Positions 38,937 to 48,559 of a DNA stretch of 64,000 bases are shown here, piece after piece (positions within the stretch are counted from its first letter, which is position 1; every line of letters begins with the position of its first letter). Below the pieces are notes generated by a model that was given only the letters and a program-made list of their open reading frames with translations, made no database searches and had not been told where the DNA came from. Source of the DNA: Pseudomonadota bacterium (GTDB taxonomy: Bacteria; Pseudomonadota; Alphaproteobacteria; Rickettsiales; SXRF01); contig CAUJHR010000023.1 of NCBI GenBank assembly GCA_963205195.1, forward strand, positions 89,054 to 153,053, given 5' to 3'. Made by a program: the position numbers and the translations under genes.

Positions 38937-39872
38937 TCAGCGCCTCGCTACTGTACTTAGGTCGGCGATATCTTCTTGCGATAAATTCCAGCCTGTTGCC
39001 CCACAATTATCTTTTATCTGGGAAGTGTTTTTTATACCTGCCAAACTTATGGAATCAGGGTGGGAATCAAGCACGAAACGCAGTGCCACCTGTGCCATAT
39101 TTTTATTATGGTGTTTTGCGATTTTCTTTAATACTTCTAGAATTCTTTCATAATAATCCCAGTTTTTTTCAGCAAATATTGAATCTTCACGGCTGCGTAT
39201 ATCCTCTTTTGCAAACCTGCTGCCCCTATTATATTTTCCTGAAAGAAGTCCTTGGGCAAGTGAGCCCCAGGATATAAAGCCTAAGCCATGGCTTATAGCC
39301 GTTTTTATTTGCTCATCGTATATTCTTTTTATAAGGCTATATTCCATAGTAAAACTAACGAGGCCATTGGGTGGATTCTTCATATCCGGCTGGGACGGGT
39401 CAATATTGGAAATTCCATACCAGCGGATCTTGCCCTGTTCACGTAATTTTTCCAGATCGTAAAAAATATCATTCAATGGCCGTTTTCCATCATGCCTGTG
39501 TATCTGGTAAAGGTCGATGGTTTCCCGCTTGAGGCGTTTTAAGCTGGCATTTATTGCTTCTTCAAGCCATGCTTGTGAATTATCATAAAAAGTCTGCTCA
39601 CCATTTACCCTGACCCCGAATTTGCTGGCAATAATAGCCTGTTTGCCAAGCGGGTGTTTATTTATTGTTTCTCCAAGCAAGGTTTCTGACATGCCAAGGC
39701 CATAAACATCCGCAGTATCAAAAAAATTAACGCCGGATTCTAGTGCAAAGTTTATTGCCTCTATTATTGAGTTCTGATCGTTTTCCTGCCATCCGTGCCC
39801 GCCAAGCTGCCAGCAGCCAAACCCAAGCCTGGATACACTTAGGTCGCTTTTCCCAAGTTTAACGATCTCCAT
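38937..39872 (-). CDS. Aldo/keto reductase
   Basis: 311 aa. GFGCWQLGG...NFFDTADVYG and later AKR blocks. Its start overlaps the E1-beta stop by 1 nt. Confidence 0.9.
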   Translation of the reverse strand: MEIVKLGKSDLSVSRLGFGCWQLGGHGWQENDQNSIIEAINFALESGVNFFDTADVYGLGMSETLLGETINKHPLGKQAIIASKFGVRVNGEQTFYDNSQAWLEEAINASLKRLKRETIDLYQIHRHDGKRPLNDIFYDLEKLREQGKIRWYGISNIDPSQPDMKNPPNGLVSFTMEYSLIKRIYDEQIKTAISHGLGFISWGSLAQGLLSGKYNRGSRFAKEDIRSREDSIFAEKNWDYYERILEVLKKIAKHHNKNMAQVALRFVLDSHPDSISLAGIKNTSQIKDNCGATGWNLSQEDIADLSTVARR

Positions 39873-40900
39873 TAAGAGCCAGCCGTAAGCATAGTGCGTA
39901 TTTTATCGGCAATACGCTTCGGCGTAATATAGTAAATATCTTCAAGTGCTCCGCTGGTTGGGGCAGGGGCATCCGGCAGAGTAATTCGTAGTGGCGATGA
40001 TTTCCAAGCGCTAACTGGTAAGGCTTCGCTTGCCCCGGCAATAATTTCTGCTCCAAGGCCGCATGTGCTCCATCCGCCATCAATTGCCGCAAGCCGTCCG
40101 GTTTTTCGCACGGAATCAATAGTTACACTATGGTCCACAGGAGCTATAACCCTTAAGTCTATAACTTCGGCAGAAATATTTTCTAAAGACAATAATTCAG
40201 CGGCTTCCAAAGCAAGCTGCGTAGAATAGCTGCAGGACACTAAAGTTACATCTTTGCCTGAACGTAATATCTGCGGTTTTATATCGCGTATATCTACAGG
40301 TTTTGCGGGTGGGAGTATTTCTGTTTTATCATAAAGCCAGCGGTCATCAATATATACCACTGGATCATTGGATAGGGCGGCGGCTATTAACATATCGCGG
40401 GCGTCAGCTACTGTTGCCGGCATTAATACGCGTAAGCCCGGTATATGGGCAAACCATGAATGAAGGGCCTGTGAATGTTGTGCTCCCTGCTGTCCGCCGC
40501 GGTTTACCACTGCGCGGAAAGTTGCTGCCGGATGCGCCTGACCACCAAGCATGTGTGACCATTTCGCGGCCTGGTTAACTATCGAATCCATGGCCAGTAT
40601 CATAAAATCAACACGCGGATGCAGCACTATTGGGCGGTAGCCACATAATGAAGCGCCAACTGCTGCGCCGGTTGTTGCAGCTTCCGATACTGGCGTATCA
40701 ATTACTCTTTCCTTGCCGAATTCCTTATCAAGTTCAAGCATGGAATTGCCCGCATACCACGGACTCCAAACACCTTGGCCGATAACAAATACTTCCGGGT
40801 AATTAGCAAGCAGGTAAGCATAACCCTCACGTATTGCCTGCCCGTAATTTATAGCGGCCTGGGTTTGTATTGCTGACGCTTTATTCGCTTGCATACACAT
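39872..40900 (-). CDS. Thiamine-diphosphate-dependent 2-oxoacid dehydrogenase E1 beta-like subunit (transketolase Pyr/C domains)
   Basis: 342 aa. GQGVWSPW...VIDTPVSEAATTGAAVGASLCGYRPIV and the C-terminal transketolase-C-like region. It overlaps the E1-alpha 3' end by 14-20 nt (ATG 40900 or 40894). Confidence 0.85.
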   Translation of the reverse strand: MCMQANKASAIQTQAAINYGQAIREGYAYLLANYPEVFVIGQGVWSPWYAGNSMLELDKEFGKERVIDTPVSEAATTGAAVGASLCGYRPIVLHPRVDFMILAMDSIVNQAAKWSHMLGGQAHPAATFRAVVNRGGQQGAQHSQALHSWFAHIPGLRVLMPATVADARDMLIAAALSNDPVVYIDDRWLYDKTEILPPAKPVDIRDIKPQILRSGKDVTLVSCSYSTQLALEAAELLSLENISAEVIDLRVIAPVDHSVTIDSVRKTGRLAAIDGGWSTCGLGAEIIAGASEALPVSAWKSSPLRITLPDAPAPTSGALEDIYYITPKRIADKIRTMLTAGS

Positions 40901-41963
40901 AATCCATTAAAGTGTTTTCAGCAGGCCAGGAATCTTTATGCACATCAGCGCTGATTTTTGTAAATTCAGCCCGTGTTTGCTTTGTAAATTCATCAAATTC
41001 AGCCCGTGTGTAATGATTATTGGAAATGAGGGATTTAAGCAAACGTTCTACAGGATCACGCATTTTCCACGCAGAAATATCTTCCGGTGAGCGCCGCAGG
41101 CCAACATCAATATCTTCACGTGGCCCTACATGTCCACGCCAGCGGTAGGTAATGGCTTCCAGAAGTGCAGGGGAGTTTTGCATACGTGCCTTTGAGATAA
41201 GTTCGCCCGACTCTTTCATTACGCTTGCCACATCATTGCCATCAATAGTTTTATGGTTGATACAGGCCGCTTCTGCAAACCGCGCTATTTTATCCGATGG
41301 CTGGCGGAGGTTTATGTCAAGGTGGCTGGAAAAAAGATTATTCTCAACTACAAATATAACAGGAAGTTTCATGATCGCCGCCATATTAAGGCATTCATGG
41401 AACACGCCTTCTTCGCACGCGCCATCCCCAAAGAATGCAACTGCTACATCGCCTGTTTTATCAAATTTTGCTGCTATCGCCGCACCAACGGCAAGGGGAA
41501 TTGTCCCGGCAACTATTGGCACAGAACCATAAAAGCCAACATCCTGTGCAAATAAGTGCATGGAGCCGCCGAACCCATGCGAACATCCTGTGGATTTTCC
41601 TAAAACCTCTGCAAATAATTTGCGAACATCTCCGCCCATCGCCAGGTAATGCCCATGCGAACGGTGGTTCCCAAAAGCCCTGTCACTTTTTCGTAAATTA
41701 GTTGCTATACCAACTGAAACCGCTTCCTGCCCGATAGCAAGGTGAACTGGGCATTTTACATGACCGGCAGTTACCATGTCTGCTATAGTTTCTTCCGCTA
41801 TACGGATATTTACCATGCCATGAAGGGCTTTGATAAGTGAGGAAGGATCGCAACCTTGTATATTAATTGCAGAAGCATAATGAATGGGATTTGCCAGGTC
41901 TCCAAGTTGTGATTGCCAGATAGTCAAGCTTTCTAATTCTTTCAGGGGCAAAATATGTTTCAT
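40881..41963 (-). CDS. Thiamine-diphosphate-dependent 2-oxoacid dehydrogenase E1 alpha-like subunit
   Basis: 360 aa. ThDP-binding motif GDGACEEGVFHECLNMAAIMKLPVIFVVENN. Confidence 0.85.
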   Translation of the reverse strand: MKHILPLKELESLTIWQSQLGDLANPIHYASAINIQGCDPSSLIKALHGMVNIRIAEETIADMVTAGHVKCPVHLAIGQEAVSVGIATNLRKSDRAFGNHRSHGHYLAMGGDVRKLFAEVLGKSTGCSHGFGGSMHLFAQDVGFYGSVPIVAGTIPLAVGAAIAAKFDKTGDVAVAFFGDGACEEGVFHECLNMAAIMKLPVIFVVENNLFSSHLDINLRQPSDKIARFAEAACINHKTIDGNDVASVMKESGELISKARMQNSPALLEAITYRWRGHVGPREDIDVGLRRSPEDISAWKMRDPVERLLKSLISNNHYTRAEFDEFTKQTRAEFTKISADVHKDSWPAENTLMDYVYASE

Positions 41964-42079
41964 CGTTTTATAAGGGCTGTATTAAATCAAATTAACTTGC
42001 TTTTGCCGAATTATTACTTAGACTTCCGCCAAAATACAAGGTTTATTTGATTTTTCAAAGTGTAGCATTCATCATATTT

Positions 42080-43666
42080 ATGGAAAAAATAAAATTAGCG
42101 GTTATCGGTTGTGGTTACTGGGGCAAGAACCTGGTGCGTAATATGTCAGAATTAGGGGTTCTGGCGGCAGTTGTTGATAACCATTTGCCTACAGCCTCAG
42201 CTATTGCAAAAACATATAATGTGCTCCCAAAAAGCTTTGAAGAAATATTGAATGATAAGGAAATTGTAGCAGTTGTAATTGCTTCTTCAGCAGTTGCACA
42301 TGCTCCTATAGCTAAGGCATCTCTGCATGCCGGGAAGCATGTTTTTGTTGAAAAGCCGTTAGCATTGGATATGGCTGATGCGAAAGATCTTTGCACGCTT
42401 GCAAATGAAAAAAAACTTACACTTATGGTTGGGCATTTGCTGCAATACCATCCTGCGTTCATTGCTTTGTTTCAGGCGGTCAAAGCAGGCCAAATTGGTA
42501 AGCTTCGCTATATCCAGTCGCACCGCTTGAGCTTTGGCAAGATTCGTACTGAAGAAAATGTATTATGGAGTTTTGCGCCCCATGATATTTCCATGATACT
42601 TGCATTGGCAGGCAGCTCCCCGGAAATAGTTTCAGCTCAGGCGGCCACGCAGGTAACGCAGCATGTTGCTGATATTGCAACCTTGCATCTAAGTTTTGCT
42701 GATAACCTCAAGGCTCATATAATGGTATCCTGGCTGCATCCGGTAAAGGAGCATAGGCTTACTGTAATAGGTGAGAAGGGGGCGCTGGTTTTTGATGACA
42801 GCCTGCCTTGGGAACAGAAATTAACCCTGCATAAGAATAATATTGTTTTAAAAGATGGAAATCCAGTGGCAGAAAAAGGCGAAATCACTCCAATTGCTCT
42901 CAAGCAAGATGAACCTCTTAAAGCTGAATGTGAGCATTTTTTAAATGCAATTAAAAATAATTCTCCTGTGCGAACTGATGCTGATGAAGGTATACGTGTA
43001 CTGGAAACACTGGTTGCTGCTGAAAAATCACTTAAGCAAAAACGGGAAATACAAATGGCAGAAACGGAAAAAGATTATTTCGTACATGAAACAGCTATTG
43101 TTGATAAAGGATGCGAAATTGGTGCTGGCAGCAAAATATGGCATTTCAGCCATATATTATCCGGAACTAAAATTGGCAGCCAGGTTATAGTCGGCCAGAA
43201 TGTTATGATAGGGCCTAATGTTACGGTTGGCAATCGCTGTAAGATACAAAACAATGTCAGCCTTTATAAAGGCGTAATACTTGAAGAAGGCGTGTTCTGC
43301 GGGCCATCTTGTGTATTTACCAATGTAAATACCCCGCGCGCAGAAATTGAACGCAAGGAAGAATTCCTGACCACTCCAGTTGGCAGGGGGGCTACAATTG
43401 GTGCGAATGCTACAATTGTCTGCGGAAATTCCATAGGTGAATATTGTTTGATTGGCGCTGGGGCAGTAGTTACTAAAAATGTGAAGCCGCATGCGCTTAT
43501 GGTAGGGAATCCTGCAAAGCAGATTGGTTGGGTAAGCCATGCCGGGGACCGTTTAGGAAAGGATCTTACCTGTCCGCGTGAGAACCGCCGCTACCGGGAA
43601 AATGCTGACGGCAATCTGGAAGAAATAATGGAAAATAATAAAAATGAAAAAATCTGTGCAGCCTAA
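42080..43666 (+). CDS. Fusion protein: Gfo/Idh/MocA oxidoreductase (WbpB/WlbA-like) + left-handed beta-helix N-acetyltransferase (WbpD/WlbB-like)
   Basis: N-terminal Rossmann [14 protein letters not shown]. The C-terminal ~190 aa are hexapeptide repeats ([49 protein letters not shown]). I prefer ATG 42080 over the track's TTG 42047. Confidence 0.8.
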   Translation: MEKIKLAVIGCGYWGKNLVRNMSELGVLAAVVDNHLPTASAIAKTYNVLPKSFEEILNDKEIVAVVIASSAVAHAPIAKASLHAGKHVFVEKPLALDMADAKDLCTLANEKKLTLMVGHLLQYHPAFIALFQAVKAGQIGKLRYIQSHRLSFGKIRTEENVLWSFAPHDISMILALAGSSPEIVSAQAATQVTQHVADIATLHLSFADNLKAHIMVSWLHPVKEHRLTVIGEKGALVFDDSLPWEQKLTLHKNNIVLKDGNPVAEKGEITPIALKQDEPLKAECEHFLNAIKNNSPVRTDADEGIRVLETLVAAEKSLKQKREIQMAETEKDYFVHETAIVDKGCEIGAGSKIWHFSHILSGTKIGSQVIVGQNVMIGPNVTVGNRCKIQNNVSLYKGVILEEGVFCGPSCVFTNVNTPRAEIERKEEFLTTPVGRGATIGANATIVCGNSIGEYCLIGAGAVVTKNVKPHALMVGNPAKQIGWVSHAGDRLGKDLTCPRENRRYRENADGNLEEIMENNKNEKICAA

Positions 43667-45008
43667 ACTCGTCAAAAAAGAAGCTGATTTCGAAAAGATA
43701 CTTGAGAAATTCGAGCAGTGCAGCGCAACTATAGCCATCATGGGTATGGGCTATGTAGGGTTTCCACTGGCGCTTGCCACTCACAAACAAGGATTTTCCG
43801 TTCTGGCTTTTGATGTTGATGAAAATAAAGTAAAAAAGCTAAATAAAGGTGAGTCTTACCTAAAAGGAGTGGCGGACGAAAACATACAAAATATGGTTAA
43901 AGAGGGCAGGTTCCACGCTACTACCGATGTGTATGAACTGAAAAAGGCTGATGCGATTATTATGTGTGTCCCGACCCCGCTTACCAAAAACCGCGAACCG
44001 GATTTAAGTTACGTTGAAACAACTACCAGCATGATCGCCTCGCAACTTAGGCAGGGGCAGCTTGTGGTGCTTGAATCAACTACCTATCCCGGCACTACGC
44101 AGGATTTGATCAAGCCTATATTGGAAGAAACCGGGCTTGTGTGCGGCGAAGATTTTTTTATCGCCTATTCACCTGAGCGCGAAGATCCAGGCAATGGCTA
44201 TTTCTGCACGCATTCCATTCCAAAAGTTGTAGGGGCGGATGATGAGAAATCGCAAAAATTAGCTGTAGCACTTTATAATAATATAGTTTCCAAGGCGGTT
44301 TTGGTTTCTTCCGCCGCTACAGCAGAAGCAGTTAAGCTCACTGAAAATATTTTCCGTTCGGTTAATATTGCTTTGGTCAACGAACTGAAAATGGTGTTTT
44401 CCAAAATGGATATTGATGTCTGGGAAGTAATAGATGCGGCGAAAACAAAGCCGTTCGGTTTCATGCCGTTTTATCCGGGTCCTGGTGTAGGCGGGCACTG
44501 CATACCTATAGACCCTTTTTATCTTACATGGAAATCGCGGGAATTCGGCATGCCAACCCGCTTTATTGAACTTGCAGGGCAGATCAATGAACGCATGCCT
44601 GATTATGTTATAAATTGTCTGCGTGAAGGTTTGGACAGGCAATTTAAGAAGGGTTTGAATGGCTCGCGTATACTTATGCTTGGCATTGCTTATAAAAAAG
44701 ATGTCGATGATATGCGTGAAAGCCCGTCAATGATCATTTTCGAACGCTTGCTGGAATTTGGTGCAATAGTTGAATACCATGATGATTTTATCCCTGTAAT
44801 TCCGCACACGCGTGAGCATGATAACCTTTCGGGGCGGAAATCTGTTTCGCTTTCTAAAGAATTGCTTGCCGGGTTTGATGCTGTGGTTATAGCTACGGGG
44901 CATAGCAATATTGATTACGCTATGGTGGTTGAGCATAGTAAACTTATAATTGATACGCGCAATGTAACCGCGAAATTCGGTAAGCAAGCACATATCATTA
45001 ACGCTTAA
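43644..45008 (+). CDS. UDP-N-acetyl-D-glucosamine 6-dehydrogenase family (WbpA-like nucleotide-sugar dehydrogenase)
   Basis: [16 protein letters not shown] Rossmann motif and catalytic Cys context [14 protein letters not shown]. Confidence 0.85.
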   Translation: MKKSVQPKLVKKEADFEKILEKFEQCSATIAIMGMGYVGFPLALATHKQGFSVLAFDVDENKVKKLNKGESYLKGVADENIQNMVKEGRFHATTDVYELKKADAIIMCVPTPLTKNREPDLSYVETTTSMIASQLRQGQLVVLESTTYPGTTQDLIKPILEETGLVCGEDFFIAYSPEREDPGNGYFCTHSIPKVVGADDEKSQKLAVALYNNIVSKAVLVSSAATAEAVKLTENIFRSVNIALVNELKMVFSKMDIDVWEVIDAAKTKPFGFMPFYPGPGVGGHCIPIDPFYLTWKSREFGMPTRFIELAGQINERMPDYVINCLREGLDRQFKKGLNGSRILMLGIAYKKDVDDMRESPSMIIFERLLEFGAIVEYHDDFIPVIPHTREHDNLSGRKSVSLSKELLAGFDAVVIATGHSNIDYAMVVEHSKLIIDTRNVTAKFGKQAHIINA

Positions 45009-45025
45009 GAAGCAGGAAATATTAA

Positions 45026-46183
45026 ATGTCCGTAAAAGAAAACAGAAGAATTGAATTTATAGATTTAGCGGCGCAACAAGCTCTTATACGCCCAAAAATA
45101 GATGCTGCGATTGCCCGGGTTCTTGATCATGGCGGGTATATAATGGGCAAAGAAGTGCCAGAGCTTGAAAAGCAGCTTGCGGAATTTGCCGGAGCAAAAT
45201 ACTGCCTGAGTTGTTCTAATGGAACCGATGCACTGGCTTTGGTGCTTATGGCAAAAAATATAAAAGCAGGCGATGCGGTATTTGTCCCAAGCTTTACCTT
45301 TGCAGCAAGCGCCGAAGTAATCGCCTGGCTTGGTGCAGCAGCATTTTTTGTGGATATATTGCCAGATAGTTTCAATATGGATCCGGCTAGCCTGATACAG
45401 GCTATTGCGGCGGCAAAGAAACAAGGGCTTAACCCAGCAGCTATTATGCCGGTTGACCTGTTCGGACAGCCAGCTGATTATGATAAAATTCTCCCTATTG
45501 CAGAAAAAAATGATATGTGGGTGCTGTGTGATTCGGCGCAAGGGTTTGGCGGGATGTATCACGGGCGCAAAGTAGGAAGTATTGGCCTTGCTACCGCAAC
45601 AAGTTTCTTCCCCGCAAAACCCCTCGGCTGTTATGGCGACGGTGGCGCAGTATTTACTGATGATAAAGAGCTTTATGATGTGATGGCAAGTCTGCGCGTT
45701 CATGGCAAAGGCGATGATAAATACGATAATGTCCGTATCGGGATGAATGGTAGGCTTGATACATTGCAGGCTGCAATATTGATCGAAAAACTGGCTATAT
45801 TCCCAGATGAGCTGATTAAACGGCAACGAGTGGCCGATCATTATAATAATCTGCTTGAAAATTTTATAGTTATTCCAAAATTACCAAAGGGATTGCACTC
45901 TGCCTGGGCCCAGTACACTTTGACCGCTGCTTCCAATAAGCAGCGTGATGAATTGCAAGCAGCGCTTAAACAGGCGGGAGTTCCCTCAATGGTTTACTAT
46001 CCGAAACCTTTGCATCTGCAAACTGCTTATAAGAATTTTCCTACTGCAACTGGCAAAGGACTTCCTGTTTGCGAGGATCTGGCCAGCAGGGTATTTAGCT
46101 TGCCGATGCACCCTTACCTTGAGGATGAAACCATAAAATATATTTCCCAGTCGCTAATTCTTGCTTTTAAGAAGGCTGCCTGA
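45026..46183 (+). CDS. DegT/DnrJ/EryC1-family PLP-dependent sugar aminotransferase (WbpE/WlbC-like)
   Basis: 385 aa. CSNGTDAL, DSAQGFGG and the PLP-lysine context TSFFPAKPLGCYGDGGAV. Confidence 0.85.
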   Translation: MSVKENRRIEFIDLAAQQALIRPKIDAAIARVLDHGGYIMGKEVPELEKQLAEFAGAKYCLSCSNGTDALALVLMAKNIKAGDAVFVPSFTFAASAEVIAWLGAAAFFVDILPDSFNMDPASLIQAIAAAKKQGLNPAAIMPVDLFGQPADYDKILPIAEKNDMWVLCDSAQGFGGMYHGRKVGSIGLATATSFFPAKPLGCYGDGGAVFTDDKELYDVMASLRVHGKGDDKYDNVRIGMNGRLDTLQAAILIEKLAIFPDELIKRQRVADHYNNLLENFIVIPKLPKGLHSAWAQYTLTAASNKQRDELQAALKQAGVPSMVYYPKPLHLQTAYKNFPTATGKGLPVCEDLASRVFSLPMHPYLEDETIKYISQSLILAFKKAA

Positions 46184-47441
46184 TTCCCTTATCGTCTTTT
46201 ATATTAAGGGATGCAATTGCAACACTTACACTATACCACAGCAATATTGCCGGCCAATTTGAAAATTGGCTTTGCGTTGGCATAAAGGGAAAGAAATTAC
46301 TTATCATGCAGGCAAATGCAAAGGCTGGTATTATACGGTAAATACCACGCCCGTTAATCAGGGATTTAAGGCAGGTATAGATTAAGAAGGAAATCATGGT
46401 TATAAATAATATAAGCCCTACAGCTCCAGCTTCTGAGAACCATTCCAGATAGGGATTATGCGGGTGTATATTGCAATAAAAAATTTTATTATTTACAATA
46501 AGGTCCGGGCATATTGCCCTGAATCCTTTAGGGCCAGCACCTGTCACCCAATTCTCAATTCCTATATAATAACCTGCCTTGAAAAGCTGGCCATAATTCG
46601 ATACGAAAAAATTTGAAATAGTAAGGTAAAAATCATAGGCGCGGGCTTGTACCCATGTTTGTGTTGCAAGCATAAAGCTTACGCTGCAAATTAATATCGC
46701 GATTCCCGCCAGCAATATTTTCCTGAAAGTTGGCTCTATAATTGCAATGTATATTGCCAGCGCCGAAATAGCTATAACGGTGCTGAAAAAAGCGGTGCGC
46801 TCGCCACTAAGCATGATTACCAATATGCTGCTTAGAATTAAAAAAATGCTTAAAGCAACCGCAATTCTTTTTCTATTTAAAATGGAAAAGAACAAGCAAA
46901 TACCTGCTGTCGGCAATAAGAGCTTTGCCATGAAAATACCAACTTTTACGTTATTAATAGGGCCTGTAAGCCTGCCGCTGCTATCACGTATATGTCCGGT
47001 TATCGACATGCCGGTTATGTATTGCCAAAGGGTGTCAATCATTACCAAAATAAGCATGAATGCTAATATTTTTCCAAGTAGTAATAATGGCTCGCTTCTG
47101 CTAAGGACCCAATATTTAAGTGCAGCATAAAGCAATATATAGCGTATCCACGGGGCGGCTATAAATATGGATTCCCTGGGCGTAATAGCAAAAGGGGTTA
47201 CTATCACAAGCATCCATAGCCATGCTATCAGTCCAGTTTTTACAAATGGATCTTGAAGCCACCCCCACTCTTTATGCTCAAAGCTTTGCCATAACCATAA
47301 TAGCGAAATAATTACGCAGCAGGCATCTGCAGATCCACGGCTGAATATCAGCGCCCAAGGTAGTAAAATGGTAACAAAATAAGCAGCTTTCCATTTTATA
47401 TTAACGTCTTGCAGAAGATTTTGCCAGTCTGTCTTAATCAT
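46167..47441 (-). CDS. O-antigen ligase family (Wzy_C domain, WaaL-like) membrane protein
   Basis: 424 aa and polytopic. The periplasmic loop motif HPHNPYLEWFSEAGAVGLILFI matches the H-N-x-x-L-x(4)-E-x-G-x-x-G ligase signature. Its 3' end overlaps the convergent aminotransferase gene by 17 bp. Confidence 0.7.
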   Translation of the reverse strand: MIKTDWQNLLQDVNIKWKAAYFVTILLPWALIFSRGSADACCVIISLLWLWQSFEHKEWGWLQDPFVKTGLIAWLWMLVIVTPFAITPRESIFIAAPWIRYILLYAALKYWVLSRSEPLLLLGKILAFMLILVMIDTLWQYITGMSITGHIRDSSGRLTGPINNVKVGIFMAKLLLPTAGICLFFSILNRKRIAVALSIFLILSSILVIMLSGERTAFFSTVIAISALAIYIAIIEPTFRKILLAGIAILICSVSFMLATQTWVQARAYDFYLTISNFFVSNYGQLFKAGYYIGIENWVTGAGPKGFRAICPDLIVNNKIFYCNIHPHNPYLEWFSEAGAVGLILFITMISFLIYTCLKSLINGRGIYRIIPAFAFACMISNFFPFMPTQSQFSNWPAILLWYSVSVAIASLNIKDDKGIRQPS

Positions 47442-47556
47442 AATTATATTTAATTCATTTATTAATAAGGCTTTGAGTATAAATATCTGTTAGATATATT
47501 TATCAGTTATATAGTTAGGGAGCATAATTTGTTTTTTGATATTCTAGGTTTATTTC

Positions 47557-48462
47557 ATGCAGTCAACTGCTAATAATAATATTAACAAGCCTGATTTTAC
47601 TGCATGGTTTGTCCTTCAGGGCATTATAGCCACAATGCATCTTAGGGGGTATGCCGGCGATTATCCTGAAAGATCGCTGGAGCTCTATCGAATTCTGGCG
47701 CGTGAAGCAGGCAAAACACGACTTATATCTAAAGTAATAGAATGTTTGCCATACACGCTACAATATAAAATAGGCGAGCTGGTAACAAATAAAGGCAGGC
47801 TAAGGCATTTTTATCTACGAAAAAAAGAAATCGAAAAAAATGCAAGAAAACTGATCGATGAGCATGCGATTGAGCAAATAATTGTTTTAGGTGCCGGGCT
47901 AGATATATTGGCTTTGCGCTTATCAAGTGAATTTCCACAGATGCGCTTTATTGAAATTGATATGGAAGAATCCCAGCGCTTCAAGGAAGCCGCGCTTTTT
48001 GCACATAATATAAAAATACCAGCTAATATGGAGCTTCTATCGGCAGATTTACGCGAGAAATTCAGCTCTATCCTATCTGCATCACGCTTATATAAGCCAG
48101 GATTAAAGACATTGTGGATAGCAGAAGGCCTGTTCATGTTTATACCTGAGGTCAATGTTCCGGCTATATTCACTCAAATAAAGGAAAATTGTGCCGCTGG
48201 CTCATATTTTGTTTTTACGACACTTGCACCTAAAGGCCAGGGAAGTGCTGTGACAAAAATCATACAAGATTTATTTCTGAGTAGGGAAAAAACTGCCTAC
48301 CACTGGACTATTTTTCCCGAATTAGTACCTGATTATATACAAAAATTTGGATTTAAATTGATGGAGCAAATTAATTGTCATCTGTTACACAAAAACCACA
48401 TAGGGGATAAATTTGATATAAATCATAAGATTGGAGATGACATCCACATAGCGAAAATGTAA
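47557..48462 (+). CDS. SAM-dependent methyltransferase of the Ppm1/LCMT/TcmP (leucine carboxyl methyltransferase) family
   Basis: 301 aa. IIVLGAGLDILALRL, RFIEIDMEESQRFK and TLWIAEGLFMFIPE follow the family pattern (LGAGxDTRxxRL ... E(V/I)D ... ptl.iaEG...Yl). Confidence 0.8.
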   Translation: MQSTANNNINKPDFTAWFVLQGIIATMHLRGYAGDYPERSLELYRILAREAGKTRLISKVIECLPYTLQYKIGELVTNKGRLRHFYLRKKEIEKNARKLIDEHAIEQIIVLGAGLDILALRLSSEFPQMRFIEIDMEESQRFKEAALFAHNIKIPANMELLSADLREKFSSILSASRLYKPGLKTLWIAEGLFMFIPEVNVPAIFTQIKENCAAGSYFVFTTLAPKGQGSAVTKIIQDLFLSREKTAYHWTIFPELVPDYIQKFGFKLMEQINCHLLHKNHIGDKFDINHKIGDDIHIAKM

Positions 48463-48559
48463 GTATGGCTTGCTGAATATAATTTTTCCGCAAATATTTT
48501 GTTGCTTTTGTTAATAATTACTAATATTTGGTTAATATCAAATTATAGGATTAACGATT

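Noticed and set aside
39872-41963. Reading the E1alpha/E1beta pair as a central-metabolism pyruvate or acetoin dehydrogenase
   Set aside because: There is no E2 or E3 gene in the window. The pair is translationally coupled to an aldo/keto reductase and the initiating phosphoglycosyltransferase in the middle of the O-antigen locus. A sugar-tailoring role is more parsimonious, though unproven.
45065-45841. 258-aa ORF antisense to the DegT-type aminotransferase gene
   Set aside because: It is a shadow ORF inside a well-supported CDS, with Cys/His/Phe-rich odd composition, no SD and no recognisable domain.
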